This document shows, piece by piece, positions 1-21,538 of a stretch of 64,000 nt of DNA; positions within the stretch are counted from its first letter, which is position 1, and each line of letters starts with the position of its first letter. The DNA comes from the human T2T-CHM13v2.0 reference genome, Homo sapiens: the NCBI RefSeq assembly GCF_009914755.1, contig NC_060925.1; one strand, written 5' to 3'. The notes beneath the pieces are model-generated. The model had not been told where the DNA came from and searched no databases. It was given only the letters and a program-made list of their open reading frames with translations. The translations under genes were made by a program, and so were the position numbers.

Positions 1-1375
1 TGGGAAGACAGACTTGGGTTTGACTCCTGTCTCTGCCTGTTGTGTCTCAGCCTTAGTGGCTTCATCTGTCAAATGGGCCCATTGGAAGGGAGGGAGGGCT
101 ACAGAAGGTCAGTGAAGCACCCTCTGGCTCCTTCCTTGCTCTCAGTGGGCTCTATTCCCCAGCTTCCAGCTCCATCAGATTTTCCAGGACCCAAACAGAC
201 CCAGGGAGAGACACAGAGGACGAACTCAATGAATTTGGGCTGAGGCAACACTGTGAACGCAGCTGTGGCTCTCAAAGAGGAACTTAGGGGTTGCCTCAAC
301 CTCTAGGGAGGCAAGGGAGCCTCTGAGAGACAGGTGGGGTGGTGGGGGTGAGGGAGTGGGAAAAGCTGCCTTTGACTCACTGTATGAGCAGGAGATCAGA
401 GACCTCCTCTCTGGGCAGTGGAAGCAGGTGGGGGAGGGGAGGAGAAGCCGTGAAGCTCACCGGACACCGAACCACGAAGTCCCCTCTGCTCATGGGCTCA
501 CCCACATCCTCCCCGACTGGATGGGGCCCCAGCAGCCTTCACTCCCTCGCCTGCTGGGGAATCCTTCCCTCCCTGCTTGGCCCTAACTCCACTATGCAGT
601 TCCTCCCCCATTAATCTGGCCTTGTCTGTCATTTTCTCTCCTTGGCATTTGAGGTCTTTGCTGCATGGCGTGAGGACTGAGTACATCCTTTCTCTCCCCA
701 GGAGATGGAGGGAAAAGAGAACAGTTTTACACTGTTCTGGGTTCTGCTGGAAGAAGGCTGAGACCTGATCTTACTCTTCTGGTGGTCCCTGCAGCATAGC
801 TGGGGACCGAGAGCCTTGGCTGTGCGTGGGTTCCCACTCTGCCCTCTCCCGAGACTTCAGTGTCCTCATTTATAGCTTGGGGAGAGAAAGAGAATTGCCT
901 TTACAGGACCGAGGTGAGGATTACATAAGATAATGCCTAAGCACAGTCAGGGAAGGTCTGTCAGAGATCATCATGGAAACAGGAAGTCACCTGGGCCAAG
1001 GGCTAGAGCCTCAGGGTCTTGGCACAGAGTAGACACCTCACAAGACTGGATTGGACTGCTCAGTTTGGGGTGGGAGGAGAGAAGCCGGCCATATTCATAT
1101 GATATCCCTCCAATTTCCTCCCCAGCGCAGGTTCTCGGGTTGTCCATGTGATGGCATCTGAAACGCAGCCTGGCGAGCGACACAGTAAAGACAACCCTGA
1201 TCATGAGTCCCCGAGCCTGCCCTGCATCTCCATACCTAGAGGCATTTCCACTCCCGTTCTCCTATTTTGATTCCCACCACAATATGGCTTGGTTCTGGAT
1301 CCAGATTGACCTGGACTTGAGTCTCAGCTTTGCCATTACCACCAGTTATGGGACTGTGGACAAGTCTCTCTCCTT

Positions 1376-2137
<762 letters not shown>

Positions 2138-4044
2138 AGAGCCCCTTTGAGGCAGGTTGGGAATGCTATGATAGCGTCATTTTTAGAGTTGAAGAAACTG
2201 AGGTTCAGAAAGGTGATGTAACTTGCCCCAGGTTGCCTGAGTAATTGATGAGGGAGACTTGGGTTTCCATGTGATTCCATGTGATTGATAGCACAAGCTC
2301 TGAACCCACAGCGCAGGACTCTCTGCTCACACTGGCTCCGCTATTCCTTGGCTGTGTGACACTGAGCAAGTCAACACTGCTGCTGAGTCTTGGTTTTTCT
2401 CATCTGTAAGATAGGGCTGCCTGTCTCTTTTCAGAGTGCCCTTTGTGTCTCGTGGCTCGGGGACTTTTTTCAGGGGTGAGAGTAGGAAGCAGAAGCTATT
2501 TGAAGACAACCCTTCTTCCTGTCCTTTCCTGAGAACCTGAGCGCAGTGAGTAGGTTAGGTCACGTGGGTGGGGGGTGGGGAGAGAAGAGTGTCCATCTGC
2601 CATCCACAGCCAAGGGGAGAGGAGAGATTGTCCTTGGCTGGGAGGGGACCGAGGTCTTGGGCACCTAGAATTTGCTTTCTGGGAAGATGGCAGGACCTCT
2701 GGGGGAAGTCACTGGGTGATATATCCTGGATGTCAAAATGAGACACAGTGGTTTCAGGTCTTACAAAGAATCTGGACTCCAGGCATGCCAGGGAAGTGGG
2801 CAAGGCTGGACTTCAGACAATCAAGTCCATTTGGGCAATGGGCATCCATCGTAGGAGGACCCAGGAGCCTCCCTCACGCTTTTGTTCTGTGTGTCCTCTG
2901 GGTCAATGTGCATGGGTGGGGATGGGAGTGAGGGAAGCTCAGTGCACTTGGAGATTAAATTTCCTCCTAGCCCAGTAGGATGAGGCTCAGGGTCCTATTG
3001 AATGTGACTTCAACTGAATAAAGAAAAGATCAATTTATGCACACCCGAGGGTGTGCAGTAAGAGTGACTGGTACTGTAAAATGAGGTGGGAAGAGAGGGG
3101 GCTGGCGCTGGAGGGCTCTGCTTGGCTGAGCCAGGCTGCCATTTTCCCGTCTTCACTGCCTTATCCTGGCCTTAGCCGGCCAAAGGGTAAAGGATATGCT
3201 TCACCTGCCCAGCGCAGGTTAGGGGGTCACTCTGGTAAGCCACAAGGTGGTTACAGAGCTGGGGCCAGGATTATTGGGACTCCACCTCCTGAGCTCTCCC
3301 TGAACTTCTCCCCAGCCTCCATCCTGGTTTTCATGCTGCCAACGTGTCTACTTGCCACTCATTCCAGGGAAAAGCAGCCAGGCCTCATTTTATCCTCATC
3401 TCAGATCCACAGCAAGAGCAGATGGGGTGAAGATCAAACTCTCCACCACAGCCATTCCCGAGCCCTGTGCTGCTGCCCGCCCTGTGCCCGCATCAGACAG
3501 TTGACTCGCAACAAGCCTGTGAGTGACCTTCTCAGGCCCATGTTTCTCAGAAGAGGAAGCTGAGCAGGAAAGAAATGGAGTGATTTGCATTAGGCCATCG
3601 AGCTACCAGTGGCAGAGCTGGGATTCAGACCTGGACGCTGACCCCAGGGCACACTGGAAAATACTGCTCTTCCCTCCGCTGAGTGGAACTTACACCAAAG
3701 CAGACCCCTGGCCTCCTGAGTCCAGTGTGCCCCTAACACTACCTTGTGGTCTCCCCATCTATAAAATGAGAGCGCAGGACTCACCTGGTCATCTCAAAGG
3801 CCTCTGCCAGCCCCTGTCATTTCCTGGCCCCCATCTACTGTTGCAGTCCACACCTCGTAAGGCAGGATAGCCTGGTGGCTGAAGGGTGGGCCGCGAAGCC
3901 GGAGTGCCTAGGCTCAAGCCAATGCTCTCATTCAATGCCCGCATGATTTCAGGTGGGTCACCTAGCCCCCACCTATCAAGTGGACAACAGTGATAGCGCC
4001 TACTGCATACGGCTGTTGTGAGGATTAAATAAATCCAACCACTA

Positions 4045-4653
<609 letters not shown>

Positions 4654-4661
4654 CTACTCAC

Positions 4662-4743
4662 GGTTGTGTTGTGGGTGGCTGGGCACTGGGAGCTGCCGGG
4701 GGCTGAGGAGTCCCAGTTGTTTTCTGTCCTCTCCCAGGACCTG
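4662..4743 (-). other. CNR2: CNR2 (cannabinoid receptor 2) non-coding first exon of the main isoform; TSS approximate
   Basis: Reverse complement CAGGTCCTGGGAGAGGACAGAAAACAACTGGGACTCCTCAGCCCCCGGCAGCTCCCAGTGCCCAGCCACCCACAACACAACC matches the recalled 5' end of CNR2 mRNA. It is followed by donor GTGAGT (4661-4656). Bases 1-4661 are CNR2 intron 1. Confidence 0.9.
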
Positions 4744-5150
4744 GCCGTGGGTGCCACTCAGAGCACCTGTTGAGTGCCACCCCAAGCCAGCTTTCTCTTG
4801 CTTTTGTACTTTCTCACAGATGAGTGAGTGTGAGGAGGTCTGGCCTTCCGTGCCTGTTACCACTTCCCCTCCAGGTCCCTGGTGCCACAATGCTCTTGCC
4901 CCTGCGGTTGAGTTATCTCTTACAACGAACTCTGGCCAGGGTGGGGCATGGGCCTAGACCCTGGAGTCAAGGGACTTGGGTTCTAATACAGCCTCGTTAA
5001 AATGTTGATTCACTTAACTTCCCCAAAGGCAAGTTTCTTTATCTGTAAAATGGGGATAATGCACCAACATTACAGTAGATCACCTAAAAGGACATGCCAT
5101 TCCAATGCCTCTTCACCACTAGGCCAGAGCTTTGAAATGCAAATGCCTAC
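4744..5150 (-). promoter_or_regulatory. CNR2: CNR2 proximal promoter (non-CpG-island)
   Basis: Immediately upstream of exon 1. Motif matches only: PU.1/SPIB-type AGGGGAAGTG (4870-4861), RUNX TGCGGT (4903-4908), octamer ATGCAAAT (5137-5144). Confidence 0.6.
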
Positions 5151-5235
5151 AGGCAGATTAACATAATGGGTGATGGATCCTGGTGTGGGGCAATAGGGAG
5201 TGGTAGGGACTGTGGGTAATAGGGGGAACACAGGA

Positions 5236-5682
<447 letters not shown>

Positions 5683-6448
5683 TAGTTTTAGTAGAGACAG
5701 GGTTTTGCCATGTTGACCATGCTGGTCTTGAACTCCTGACCTCAAGTGATCCACCCACCTTGGCCTCCTAAAGTGCTAGGATTACAGGGTGAGTCACCAC
5801 GCCCAGCCACTTCCTGTTTATTTTATTTTACTTTATTTTATTTTATTTTAATTTTTTGAGGCAGGGTCTCGCTCTGTTGCCCAGGCTGGAGTACAGCGGC
5901 ACGATCATAGTTCACTGCAGCCTCAAATTCCTGGGTTCCAGTGATCCTCCCATCTCAGCCTTCCAGGTAGCCGGCAGAACAGGCATGTGCCACCACACCT
6001 GGCTATTTTTTTTTTTAATTTTTTTGTATAGATGGGGGTCTCACTATGTTGCCTAGCCTGGTTTTGAACTCCTGGGCTCAAGCAAATCCTCCCGCCTCAG
6101 TCTCCAAAAGTGTTGGGATTACAGGCATGAGCCACCATACTCAGCCAGTTGCCAATTTTAGAATGTAAAGCCCAAAGTCACACCTTTAAAAAATGCTATG
6201 TGAGTCAAACTAAACATTATCTTCAGTTTATATTTATTAGGGAGTATGTCCCTAATGTCCAGTCCTGGGCTGGATGTACTCAGGTATGGTATCTGATATA
6301 GTTCCAAGTGTCCTCACACCCACTCTCAGATAAAATATTTAATGAGACGCCATTATATTCTAAGGATACAGAGATGATTATGGCAAAGTTTTTGCCCTTG
6401 TAAACTCATGGCCTATGATTATCTCATCAGATCCTCTCACTAACTGCT

Positions 6449-6477
6449 CCCCACACCCCAGACCCTGATCTGGGCCA
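6449..6477 (+). repeat. 29-bp exact direct repeat of 5308-5336
   Basis: CCCCACACCCCAGACCCTGATCTGGGCCA at both sites. Confidence 0.92.
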
Positions 6478-6533
6478 ATGAAGAAAGATTTTGCCCCTGA
6501 GGTAGAGTTGCAAGATTCTTCAAGTAAAAAATG

Positions 6534-6641
6534 TTACAGGCATGAGCCACCCCACCTGGCCCAATGAATTATATTCTTGAAAATGATGGAGAGTAGATTT
6601 TAAGTGTTCTCACCACAAAAATAAGTATGTGAGGTAATGCA
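6534..6641 (-). repeat. Inverted ~108-bp copy of the L1/Alu junction at 9108-9541 (lacking the AluY)
   Basis: Reverse complement aligns to 9108-9164 joined to 9486-9541. Confidence 0.88.
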
Positions 6642-7054
6642 ACAATAGTTGAGACATTCAGGCACTAAAAATTACTTGTTGCTTATGTGCGATTAGAATG
6701 CTCAGCCTAGCGTGGTGGCTCACGCCTGTTATCCCAGCACTTTGGGAGGCAGAGGCAGATGGACTGCCTGAGATCAAGAGTTCAAGACCACCCTGGGCAA
6801 CATGGTGAAACCTCATCTCTACTAAAATACAAAAAATTAGCTGGGTGTGGTGGTGCGTAGTTGTAGTCCCAGCTACTCAGGAGGCTGAGGCATGAGAAAT
6901 GCTTGAGCCACAGAGGCGGAGGTTGCAGGGAGCCGAGATCGCCTTACTGCACTCCAGCTTGGGCTCCAGAGTGAGACTCTGTCTCAAAAAAAAAAAAAAG
7001 AAAAAAGAAAAAGAAAAAAAAGAATGTAACCAGGCATTCTCTGTCTTATCTGGC

Positions 7055-7238
7055 AACACCACCCAGAGGGGACACTTGGCAATATCTGGAGACATTTTTG
7101 GTTGTCACAACCTGGTGGAGGAATTCTACTGACATCTGCTAGGGAGAGGCCAGGAATGCTGCTAACCATTCTGCAATGCACAGGACAGCCCTACAGCAAG
7201 GAATTATCCAGCTCAAGATGCTAACTTGCGAACCCTGG
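7055..7238. mobile_element. MER20 hAT DNA-transposon remnant
   Basis: GGCAATATCTGGAGACATTTTTGGTTGTCACAAC...GAGGCCAGGAATGCTGCTAACCAT resembles the MER20 consensus. Confidence 0.8.
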
Positions 7239-7859
7239 TCTGGACCTAGTCTTTGCTCCTTCAGCGCAAAGCCATTGCTGGGAAGGGCCTTTAATTTGAT
7301 CATTCATCCCTTTGGGAAATGGAACAATAACAGCCTCCAGCCCTTGCATCTCTCCCAAGAGCAAGACATTGGCGGTGAGGAATGGGACAGAGAGCCCCAG
7401 GTGCCAAGAAAGAGGAAAAGAAGACCAGAAGGAGCTGGGGAGTGGGGCCCGCCTGCAGCCTACATCAGACTCCTATCTGGGCTGGAATTGGAGACCCAGG
7501 GGTGAGCTGGAAGAGATCTAGCAGATGCTTCCACAATCCTGAATCCTAGACCTCTGGCCTTGAGAAAGCCCCACATGGGGAAGAAGGGTGAGGCTGTCCC
7601 CAAACGCCTGGTCCTCCATTGCAGCCCAAAGCATGTAATTGGAGGTGGAAGGCATGAATGAGTGAAGGAATGAATGAACGAAGGAAGAAAGAAAGGAAGT
7701 TACTGAAAGTTCAAGTGGAAGGAACGCTGGGAAGCGGAGTTTTTGTGTGGTCTCTGCCATTGCCTGGCTGACCAACAAGTTGCTTCCTGTATCTGTTCTC
7801 AATTTCTCCATTCCTAAAATGAGGAAGTTGGAGATAACAGGTGCCCCTGAAACGCCTGA

Positions 7860-8202
7860 GTGCATGGAAGTCACCCACAGGGCCTGTTAAAACACAGATT
7901 GGGGCCGGGTGAGGAGGCTCATGCCCGTAATCCCAGCATTCTGGGAGGCTGAGGCGGGAGGAGGTCTTGCCTGAACTCAGGAGTTTGAGGTTATAGTGAG
8001 CTCTGATTATGCTACTGCACTCCAGGCTGGGTGACAGAGAACCTTGACTTGAAAAACAAAACCCCAAAACACAGATTGCTGGGCCCCACTCCCAGAGATT
8101 CTGATTCAGTATTCTGGGATGGGGCCCAAGAATCTGCATTTCTAACTAATTCCCAGGGGAAGCAGATGCTGTCGGTCCTTGGACTCCCTATGGGCAGCAC
8201 TG
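7860..8202. mobile_element. MER5A remnant interrupted by an Alu monomer/fragment (~7903-8060)
   Basis: CAGATTGCTGGGCCCCAC...GATTCTGATTCAGTA...GGGGCCCAAGAATCTGCATTTCTAAC; duplicated AAAACACAGATT flanks the Alu. Confidence 0.8.
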
Positions 8203-8552
8203 GACAAGAGAATCAATAAGGAAGCTCCATGATCTCTCAGTCCCCTGGGCAGGGCTGATGGGGCCCACAGGGGAAGTCTGTTCTCTTTTCGCCCTGGGAG
8301 GGCCAGGAGCAATTGTAGGTGAGGGTTTAGGAGGCGGTTTTCTCAGCTCCTTGGGTAGAGCTGGCCTCAGCAGCCCTTGTACTGTGAGATGCCGCCATCT
8401 ACAGGATGGATCTACCCCATGCTGGGGCCGAGTGCTGTCATATTGAGGGTCTGATCTGAGGAGGAACATTCCCGAGAGGTATACTTTTCCCGTCAGGCCA
8501 CAGGGAAGCAGTCTTTGCACTGTCTGAACCAACTGACCCTAAGATGATTCAA

Positions 8553-11273
<2,721 letters not shown>

Positions 11274-12085
11274 GGAAAACTTTTTAAAAATAGAAGGAAG
11301 AAAACAAAAATGCTTCTTGATCTCACCACAGGGAGGTAGATGCTGTTAACGTTTAGATGTGTTTCTTTCTGGGCTGCCACAATTCCAGGCCAGAGGTATT
11401 GAGGAACCCAGGCTGGGCCATGGGGGCAGAGGAGAGAACACAGTGGAAGAGATGAATTAGAGGGTTGATTAATAGAACCAGAGTTTGGAGCCAAACTTGG
11501 GGCTTCCAGTGTCTGAAAAAATACCAGCGCCCAGCACGTGACTATTTCTTTAGAGCTGCCCTTTGCCTTCCTGCGCAGCCCCAGCCCAGCCCCTGCCCAG
11601 CCCCAGCAGTAAACAGTCAATTCTATAAATAGCCATGTGGGCAGATGCCAAGGCAGATCTGAGCTTACCAGGCTGCGGGACCTGAGAGCATTTAGTGATT
11701 GTCTCGACTCTCACCATAGGGCTCAGCCAGCAGTATAAGCACAGGCTGATAACGTTCCCCTCTCCAAAAGAGGACTGTGGCAGGCAGCTTTGGTAGCAGA
11801 AGATTAGATTTGGATTTTCCAGCTTCCATGAGAAGCAACATAGCACAAGGATTGAGAGTCTGGGCTCTGAACCAGAGGGACCTGGGCCTCTGTTCCCAGT
11901 TTGCCACTGAATAGCTGTGTGACTTAATTTTCTTGAATTTCAGTTTTTCCATCTAGTAATACCACCTAGCAATTACATGCAAAAAAAAAAAAAAAAAAGA
12001 AAAGAAAAAGAAAAAATGGAAAACACCATATAAATATCAGGGGTTGGTGTAAACAAGGTAATAAGATAAATATAGATGCTGTCAC

Positions 12086-14048
<1,963 letters not shown>

Positions 14049-14481
14049 TCTCCAATCTGAACAAAAAATATAAAAGTTAACCCAGGAGAAAACCCATGTC
14101 AGGCAGTAAAATCCCACACACCCATCGTAAATTCCATACTATCCCGGTACCTGGCACAAGTGTCCAACCCATGATTGGACAAATACTCAGAGAGTATTTG
14201 TTGAATGAATAATTGCTGAGTGTCCCTGGCATGGCAAAAATAATGGAAGCCATAGAGTCTGGGAGGTGGGTCTGATCTGTTCCTTTACCTCTGGAAGGTG
14301 GGATGGTGTGGGGAGACAGGACACTGGGAGTCAGAAACCCCAGTGTCCAATCCCAGCCCCATTCTAACTCTCTATAAGCCTCAGCCCCCTCATCTGTGAA
14401 ATGAACAGGCTGGGTTTGGTAAGAAGTTAAAACTTTTTTTTTTCTTACTGCAATCCATGAAAGATTCATTTTATATCATGA

Positions 14482-14844
<363 letters not shown>

Positions 14845-15858
14845 CTATATGTAAAATTGCAACTTCAGTTTCGTGAAACCAATAATTCTTACTATACGGG
14901 ATACACTCTGATATTTTCCTTTTTATTTTATTCAGTTCTAATTAATTTTATTTTATTTAACTATGCCATTTGTAGCCAAAGAAATAATTTTTATTACTCA
15001 CCAATGGATCACAAGCTGAAAATACTTATTAGAGAGCCTCTTCTCTAGGTCTGGAATTCTAATCTGCCCACATATTTTCACCTCTACACCTTTGATTCTC
15101 TTAGCCTGCAATGCCCTCTGACTCTTGCTTATCAATTTGGTCTTGACTCCTTCTTCCAGGCCCAACATAAGTCCTTCTTCCTCCAGGAAGTCTTCCCAGC
15201 TTGTCACAAGTCCCATTTCTCGTTCAGTTTTTGTTTTGTTTCCTTAAATTGCTGTACCTGTCAATTAGCCAGCAAGTATTTATTTGTCTGTTTATGTGTC
15301 TAGAACTGTGCTTGGAGAATGAGTCAAAAAGACATAAGATGCATTCTGGGGCCCAGGTGCTGAGTTGGAGTGATCAGCAGGACACAAAGGACAGGGGACA
15401 TGAGAAGGTAGCCCATTAGGGGGTGCAACCTCTTGGAGGAAGAGGGACAGGGAAAAACCTGTCTTCCACTTCCCACTCCCATCCTTGCAAGGGTTCAGAG
15501 ACGTGGAGGGAGGGCAAAGAGAGTTAGGGCTAAGGACAAAACAGAGCCCAAAGGGGCCAGGGGTGGCAGGAAGAGCTGTTTTCTGTACAAAGAGAAGTTA
15601 GAGTCCAGGGCCCCAACACAGGGGTTAAAACAAATGGGTCAGAAGGAGGCGTTTCATGCCGCTGGACTGGCTGGGTCACTGGCGACTGAACAACCGCAGC
15701 AAAGTCTGCAGCTGCAGTTTCCACTCTGAGCAGATGCCAAAGCATCCAACTGGCTGGGCACTCCCGACTCCAGTTGGCTGGAGAAGCTGTGGATAGGTTT
15801 GAACTTCCAGGAAAAGTTGACTGAACGACTTCATGGTTTTATATCACAGGCTGAATAG

Positions 15859-16682
15859 TGACAAAGATTCCTTGACCAAACTCTACTCAGGCCTTGAACT
15901 TTTCTTTTTTCTTTTTCTTTTCTTTCTTCTTTCTTTCTTTTTTTTTGGTGGAGTTTCGATCTTGTTGCCCAGGCTGGAGTGCAATGGCGCACAATCTTAG
16001 CTCATCACAACCTCCACCTCCCGGGTTCAAGCGATTCCCCTGCCTCAGCCTCCTGAGTAGCTGGGATTACAGGTATGTGCCACCACACCCGACTAATTTT
16101 GTATTTTTCATAGAGAGGGGGTTTCTCCATGTTGCTCAGGCTGGTCTCGAACTCCTGACCTTGGAAGATCCTCCCGCTTCGGCCTCCCAAAGTGCTGGGA
16201 TCACAGGCGAGAGCCGCCGTGCCCGGCCTAGCCTTGAACTTTTCAACGAGACCTTGACTTCTGTGTTCATCTCTGCATTGGTCAATGTCAGCAAGAATCC
16301 TGTGAAGTTGATTTAGCTAGAATCTCCTGTCCTCCATGTCTGATCACCCTCAATATCTGATAGGGTCCTTCATCCTCCACCACCTCCCAGGTGACATCTG
16401 ATGATCCTGGCTTGCCTTCAGCCAGGATGTTAGGTTGGCTTAGCCAGAAGCCCCCCTCCCCTTACTTCTGATATATTCTCTTAGTAATTTTTCATCCGGT
16501 GATCCCCACCCTGCTCCTTGGCTATAAATTTCCACTTGCTGATTCTGTATGTGGACTTGAGTCCCCCCAACTGCAAAACCTCATTGAAGTGGTCTTTATA
16601 CCTGTCATGATGCGCCCCCCCCCTTGAATAAACGCTTCCTTACCATCTTGAATGAGTGTCACTAATAATTTTGTCTTTAACA
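15859..16682 (+). mobile_element. ERV1 solo LTR (MER31-like) with Alu insertion (~15900-16228)
   Basis: TGACAAAGATTCCTTGACCAAACT...CTATAAAT...AATAAA...TCTTTAACA; similar to the 12086 LTR. Confidence 0.7.
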
Positions 16683-17383
16683 ACAGCTTGCAGGACCCAT
16701 AAAAGGGTATAGCCAAGAGTTAATAACCGGGGATTCGGGAGATCCTTGGATGGATGAGGAAGCAACAGGGGAGGAAAGACCAGATCAGAGACCAAGTTCT
16801 AGTTCTGGCACTGCCTCATCCTGCCATGTGGCCTTGAACAAGTGTGAGCCTCAGATTCTTCTCCTACAAAAGCAGAAGATGGGAGAGACCATCCTGCTCT
16901 GACTTTCCATGTGGGACTGAATTAGACATAACTCCTGCCCTCAACGTGTTTACAGTCCAGTTGGGAAGGTGAAGCATTGGCTGAACTGAGTCATAACACT
17001 TAGCCCCAGGTGGCTGGTTCTGGTGTATAGTCAATAGTTAGTAAATGTCTACTGAATAAATGAAAGGAAAACACTAATAAACCTCCTCACTGAACCCTCA
17101 CTGTATACCAGACACAGAGTTAAACTTTTCACAAATATTTTCTTATTTAACCCTCACAACACTTACCAGTAAGGATTATATATCTATATTGTGTTACATA
17201 TTCAAATATAACATAATATTCCCCAGGAAGTAGGTAAGAGGAGCTCTAGGTGTTTTGGGTAAGACCAAGTTCACCATCTTTTGTACTCCGGACTGTAATC
17301 TTCACATGGTCCTATAGGCCAGGAGGCAAATCTTCTCCCACCTCACTCCAGAATTCCTGTTCTGTGACTCATTTTATTTTTAA

Positions 17384-17710
<327 letters not shown>

Positions 17711-17790
17711 TGACTCATTTAGTATTTCTCCAAAGCATTTATCATCACATGACACCTACTGTATATTTCTTTTCTTTTCTTTTTTTTTGA

Positions 17791-17973
<183 letters not shown>

Positions 17974-19317
17974 TAGCCAGGATGGTCTCGATCTCCTGAC
18001 CTTGTGATCCGCTGGCCTTGGCCTCCCAAAGTGCTGGGATTATAGGCATGAGTCACCGTGCCCAGCCAACACCTGTTGTATATTTCATTTGTTCATTTTT
18101 CTGTTCCTCCTTCCTAAAATATAAACTTCATAACAGCAGGGATCTATATCTATTTTGGTCACTTCTACGTCCCCTGTGTCTAGAACAGTGTTTGGTACAT
18201 CCCCAAAATTAGGTGTTCAACATCCATTAGGTGCTCAACTAATATTTGTTGAATGAATAAATGAATAGACGAATGAAGTAGGTGAGTCTCAGAAAAGTTA
18301 AACAAAGCAACTTATCCAATATTATCCAGCCATCAAGTGGCACAGATGGAATTCAAACCTAGAATTGGGACAGGCTTGGAGTCAATCCATTTAACCACTA
18401 AACCATAATTGTCTCATTCATGCAACAAATATTCACTGAGATCCTAATCCCTGAAGGACACTGTTCTAGGCACTGGGGATATAGCGGGGATGAAAACAGA
18501 CAAAATCCTTGCCCTTGTGGTGCTTGCTTCTTAGTATTGTCCCATATGAAAAGAGATGTAGTTTTGTAAGATTGGGATGCAAGGCCCATGTGCCAACATA
18601 CCTGGTTATGTATCAGTGGCAGACATAACTAATGGATCAAGACCCTTAATCCTGCCCAGCCCAGATTCTGCTCATGATCTTTCTCAACTCAGCACTCCAT
18701 GCTGACACTCAGCTGACTGGAGTTGGCACCAAAATAACCCCTGTTGGTCATGTGTGAATAGGTGTTGTCTCCTCAATAAGGGCATGAATCCCAACCCTGC
18801 ACTGTGTGGCCAGAACCCCTGGGACCACAAGTGGAAGTTCCATAGCTGGCACAGGACTTGGGGTTCCTTCCCACTGGCCCCAGACAGTGTTTCCCTCGTT
18901 CCTTTCCCCAGCCCCTCTGACCAGTCCTGGGGGCATGAAGAGCACAGAGCTTAGCCAAGGTACAAACTCAAAAGCCTTGAAGGCAGCCAGGTTATGCTGA
19001 TCCTGGGAGGGCAGGCTGGTTAAGGAACGGGCATAGGCTCTGGAATGGACAGTTATGGGTTCAAATCATGGGTTCTCGACTCATTCACATGACTTTGGGC
19101 AAGTCACTGCACCATTCTGAACCTTAGCTTCCTCATGTGTTAAATACGGGGATTATGCATTTACTTCAAAGGGTTGACCTGAATATTAGATGAAATAATC
19201 TATATAAGGGGCCTGCCTTAGTGTTTGGAGAGCAACAGGTACTCAACAAATGTTGGATGAGGGAACAAATGAGTACCTGAGTGACTGCATGAATGAGTGT
19301 TCTGGCAGGAAAGGTAG

Positions 19318-19650
<333 letters not shown>

Positions 19651-19719
19651 TGATCTGCCCGCCTCGGCCTCCCAGAGTGCTGGGATTACAGGCGTGAGCC
19701 ACTGCGCCTGGCCCGCTCT

Positions 19720-19926
19720 GAGAGTAAATGAAGGCAGAGCTATGCCCATCCAGCTCCGTTCACCATTCACCACCAGCAACCACATGAGAGACCCCAAGTC
19801 AGACCACACAGGCAATCCCTTTCTGAATTCCTGACCCTCTGAAACCTTGAAAGATGATGAAATGATTCTTGTTGCTTTAAGCCACTAAATTTTGGGGCAA
19901 TTACTCTTCAATAGCAGAATTTGTAC
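19720..19926 (+). mobile_element. MaLR MLT1-type LTR 3' fragment
   Basis: GTTGCTTTAAGCCACTAAATTTTGGGGCAATT...GTACA MLT1 3' signature. Confidence 0.6.
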
Positions 19927-20478
19927 AGTGTGTTTGGGAACACAGAAGAGGGATCAATCAAAAGAAATTGAACATTCAGCTGGGCACAGTGGCTCACACC
20001 TGTAATCCCAACAGGGAGGCCAGGCAGGTGGATCACGTGAGGTCAGGAGATTGAGACCAGCCTGGCCAACATGGCGAAACCATGTCTCTACTAAAAATAC
20101 AAAAATTAGCTGGGCGTGGGGTGGCGTGCACCTGTAATCCCAGCTACTCAGGAAGCTGAGGCTGGAGAATCGCTTGAACTCGAAAGACAGAGGTTGCAGT
20201 GAGCCGAGATCACGCCACTGCACACCAACCTAGGTGACACAGTGAGACTCCATCTCAAAAAAAAAAAAAAAAAGGTGTTGAACATTCAATGTAAAGAAAG
20301 AAATTACACTAATACATTGAGTAGGATACCCAATAAATTGAGTTGCTGTTGAAAATAATCCTTAGACGAAGGCTTTCACATATAGCAGCTCAAAGAAAGT
20401 CTCCATTCCATGTTATCTTAGGAAACCTCTCTGGAGCTCCACTCCTCCCACTTCCTGCTCTTCCTCCCCAGCCCCTGG

Positions 20479-20556
20479 GTCAGGTCCTGGACTCCCATAG
20501 TTTTCAGGCTGCTAAACAACAGAACGAGCACTGGACTTGGAGCCAGAAGTCTTGGG
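20479..20556 (+). ncRNA. MIR378F: MIR378F annotated hairpin; mature ACUGGACUUGGAGCCAGAAG at 20530-20549; overlaps a MIR element (~20520-20650)
   Basis: Matches the recalled hsa-mir-378f precursor GUCAGGUCCUGGACUCCC...CCAGAAGUCUUGGG. Confidence 0.85.
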
Positions 20557-20750
20557 CTCAAGCCCTGCCCTTACTGCTTACTAGCTGAATAATTCTGGGC
20601 AAATCAGTTGGACCAGTTACACCTCAGCCTTCTCATTTAGGAAATGGAGATGTCACAACTGCTAATTCATTGAATGCTCTGTATGAACTGACCACTAAAC
20701 CCTTTAAATTGACCACTTCACTTAATCTGCATAACCACCCAACAAGATAA

Positions 20751-20888
<138 letters not shown>

Positions 20889-20891
20889 TGA

Positions 20892-21194
<303 letters not shown>

Positions 21195-21301
21195 TAGGCT
21201 GCCTTGCTCCAGAGCTTGTGCTCTTAACACTGTGCTGTCCCCGCGGGGGTGGGTGAAACTCTCAGGACAGCTTGTGAGAGTGTAGAAAAGGGCTTCTGTA
21301 A

Positions 21302-21538
<237 letters not shown>

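Noticed and set aside
2459-2470. NF-kB-like GGGGACTTTT
   Set aside because: Lacks the terminal CC; chance match.
3051-3870. 170-aa and 115-aa plus-strand ORFs antisense in CNR2 intron 1
   Set aside because: No recognisable domain or exon structure, non-ATG starts, partly MIR-derived.
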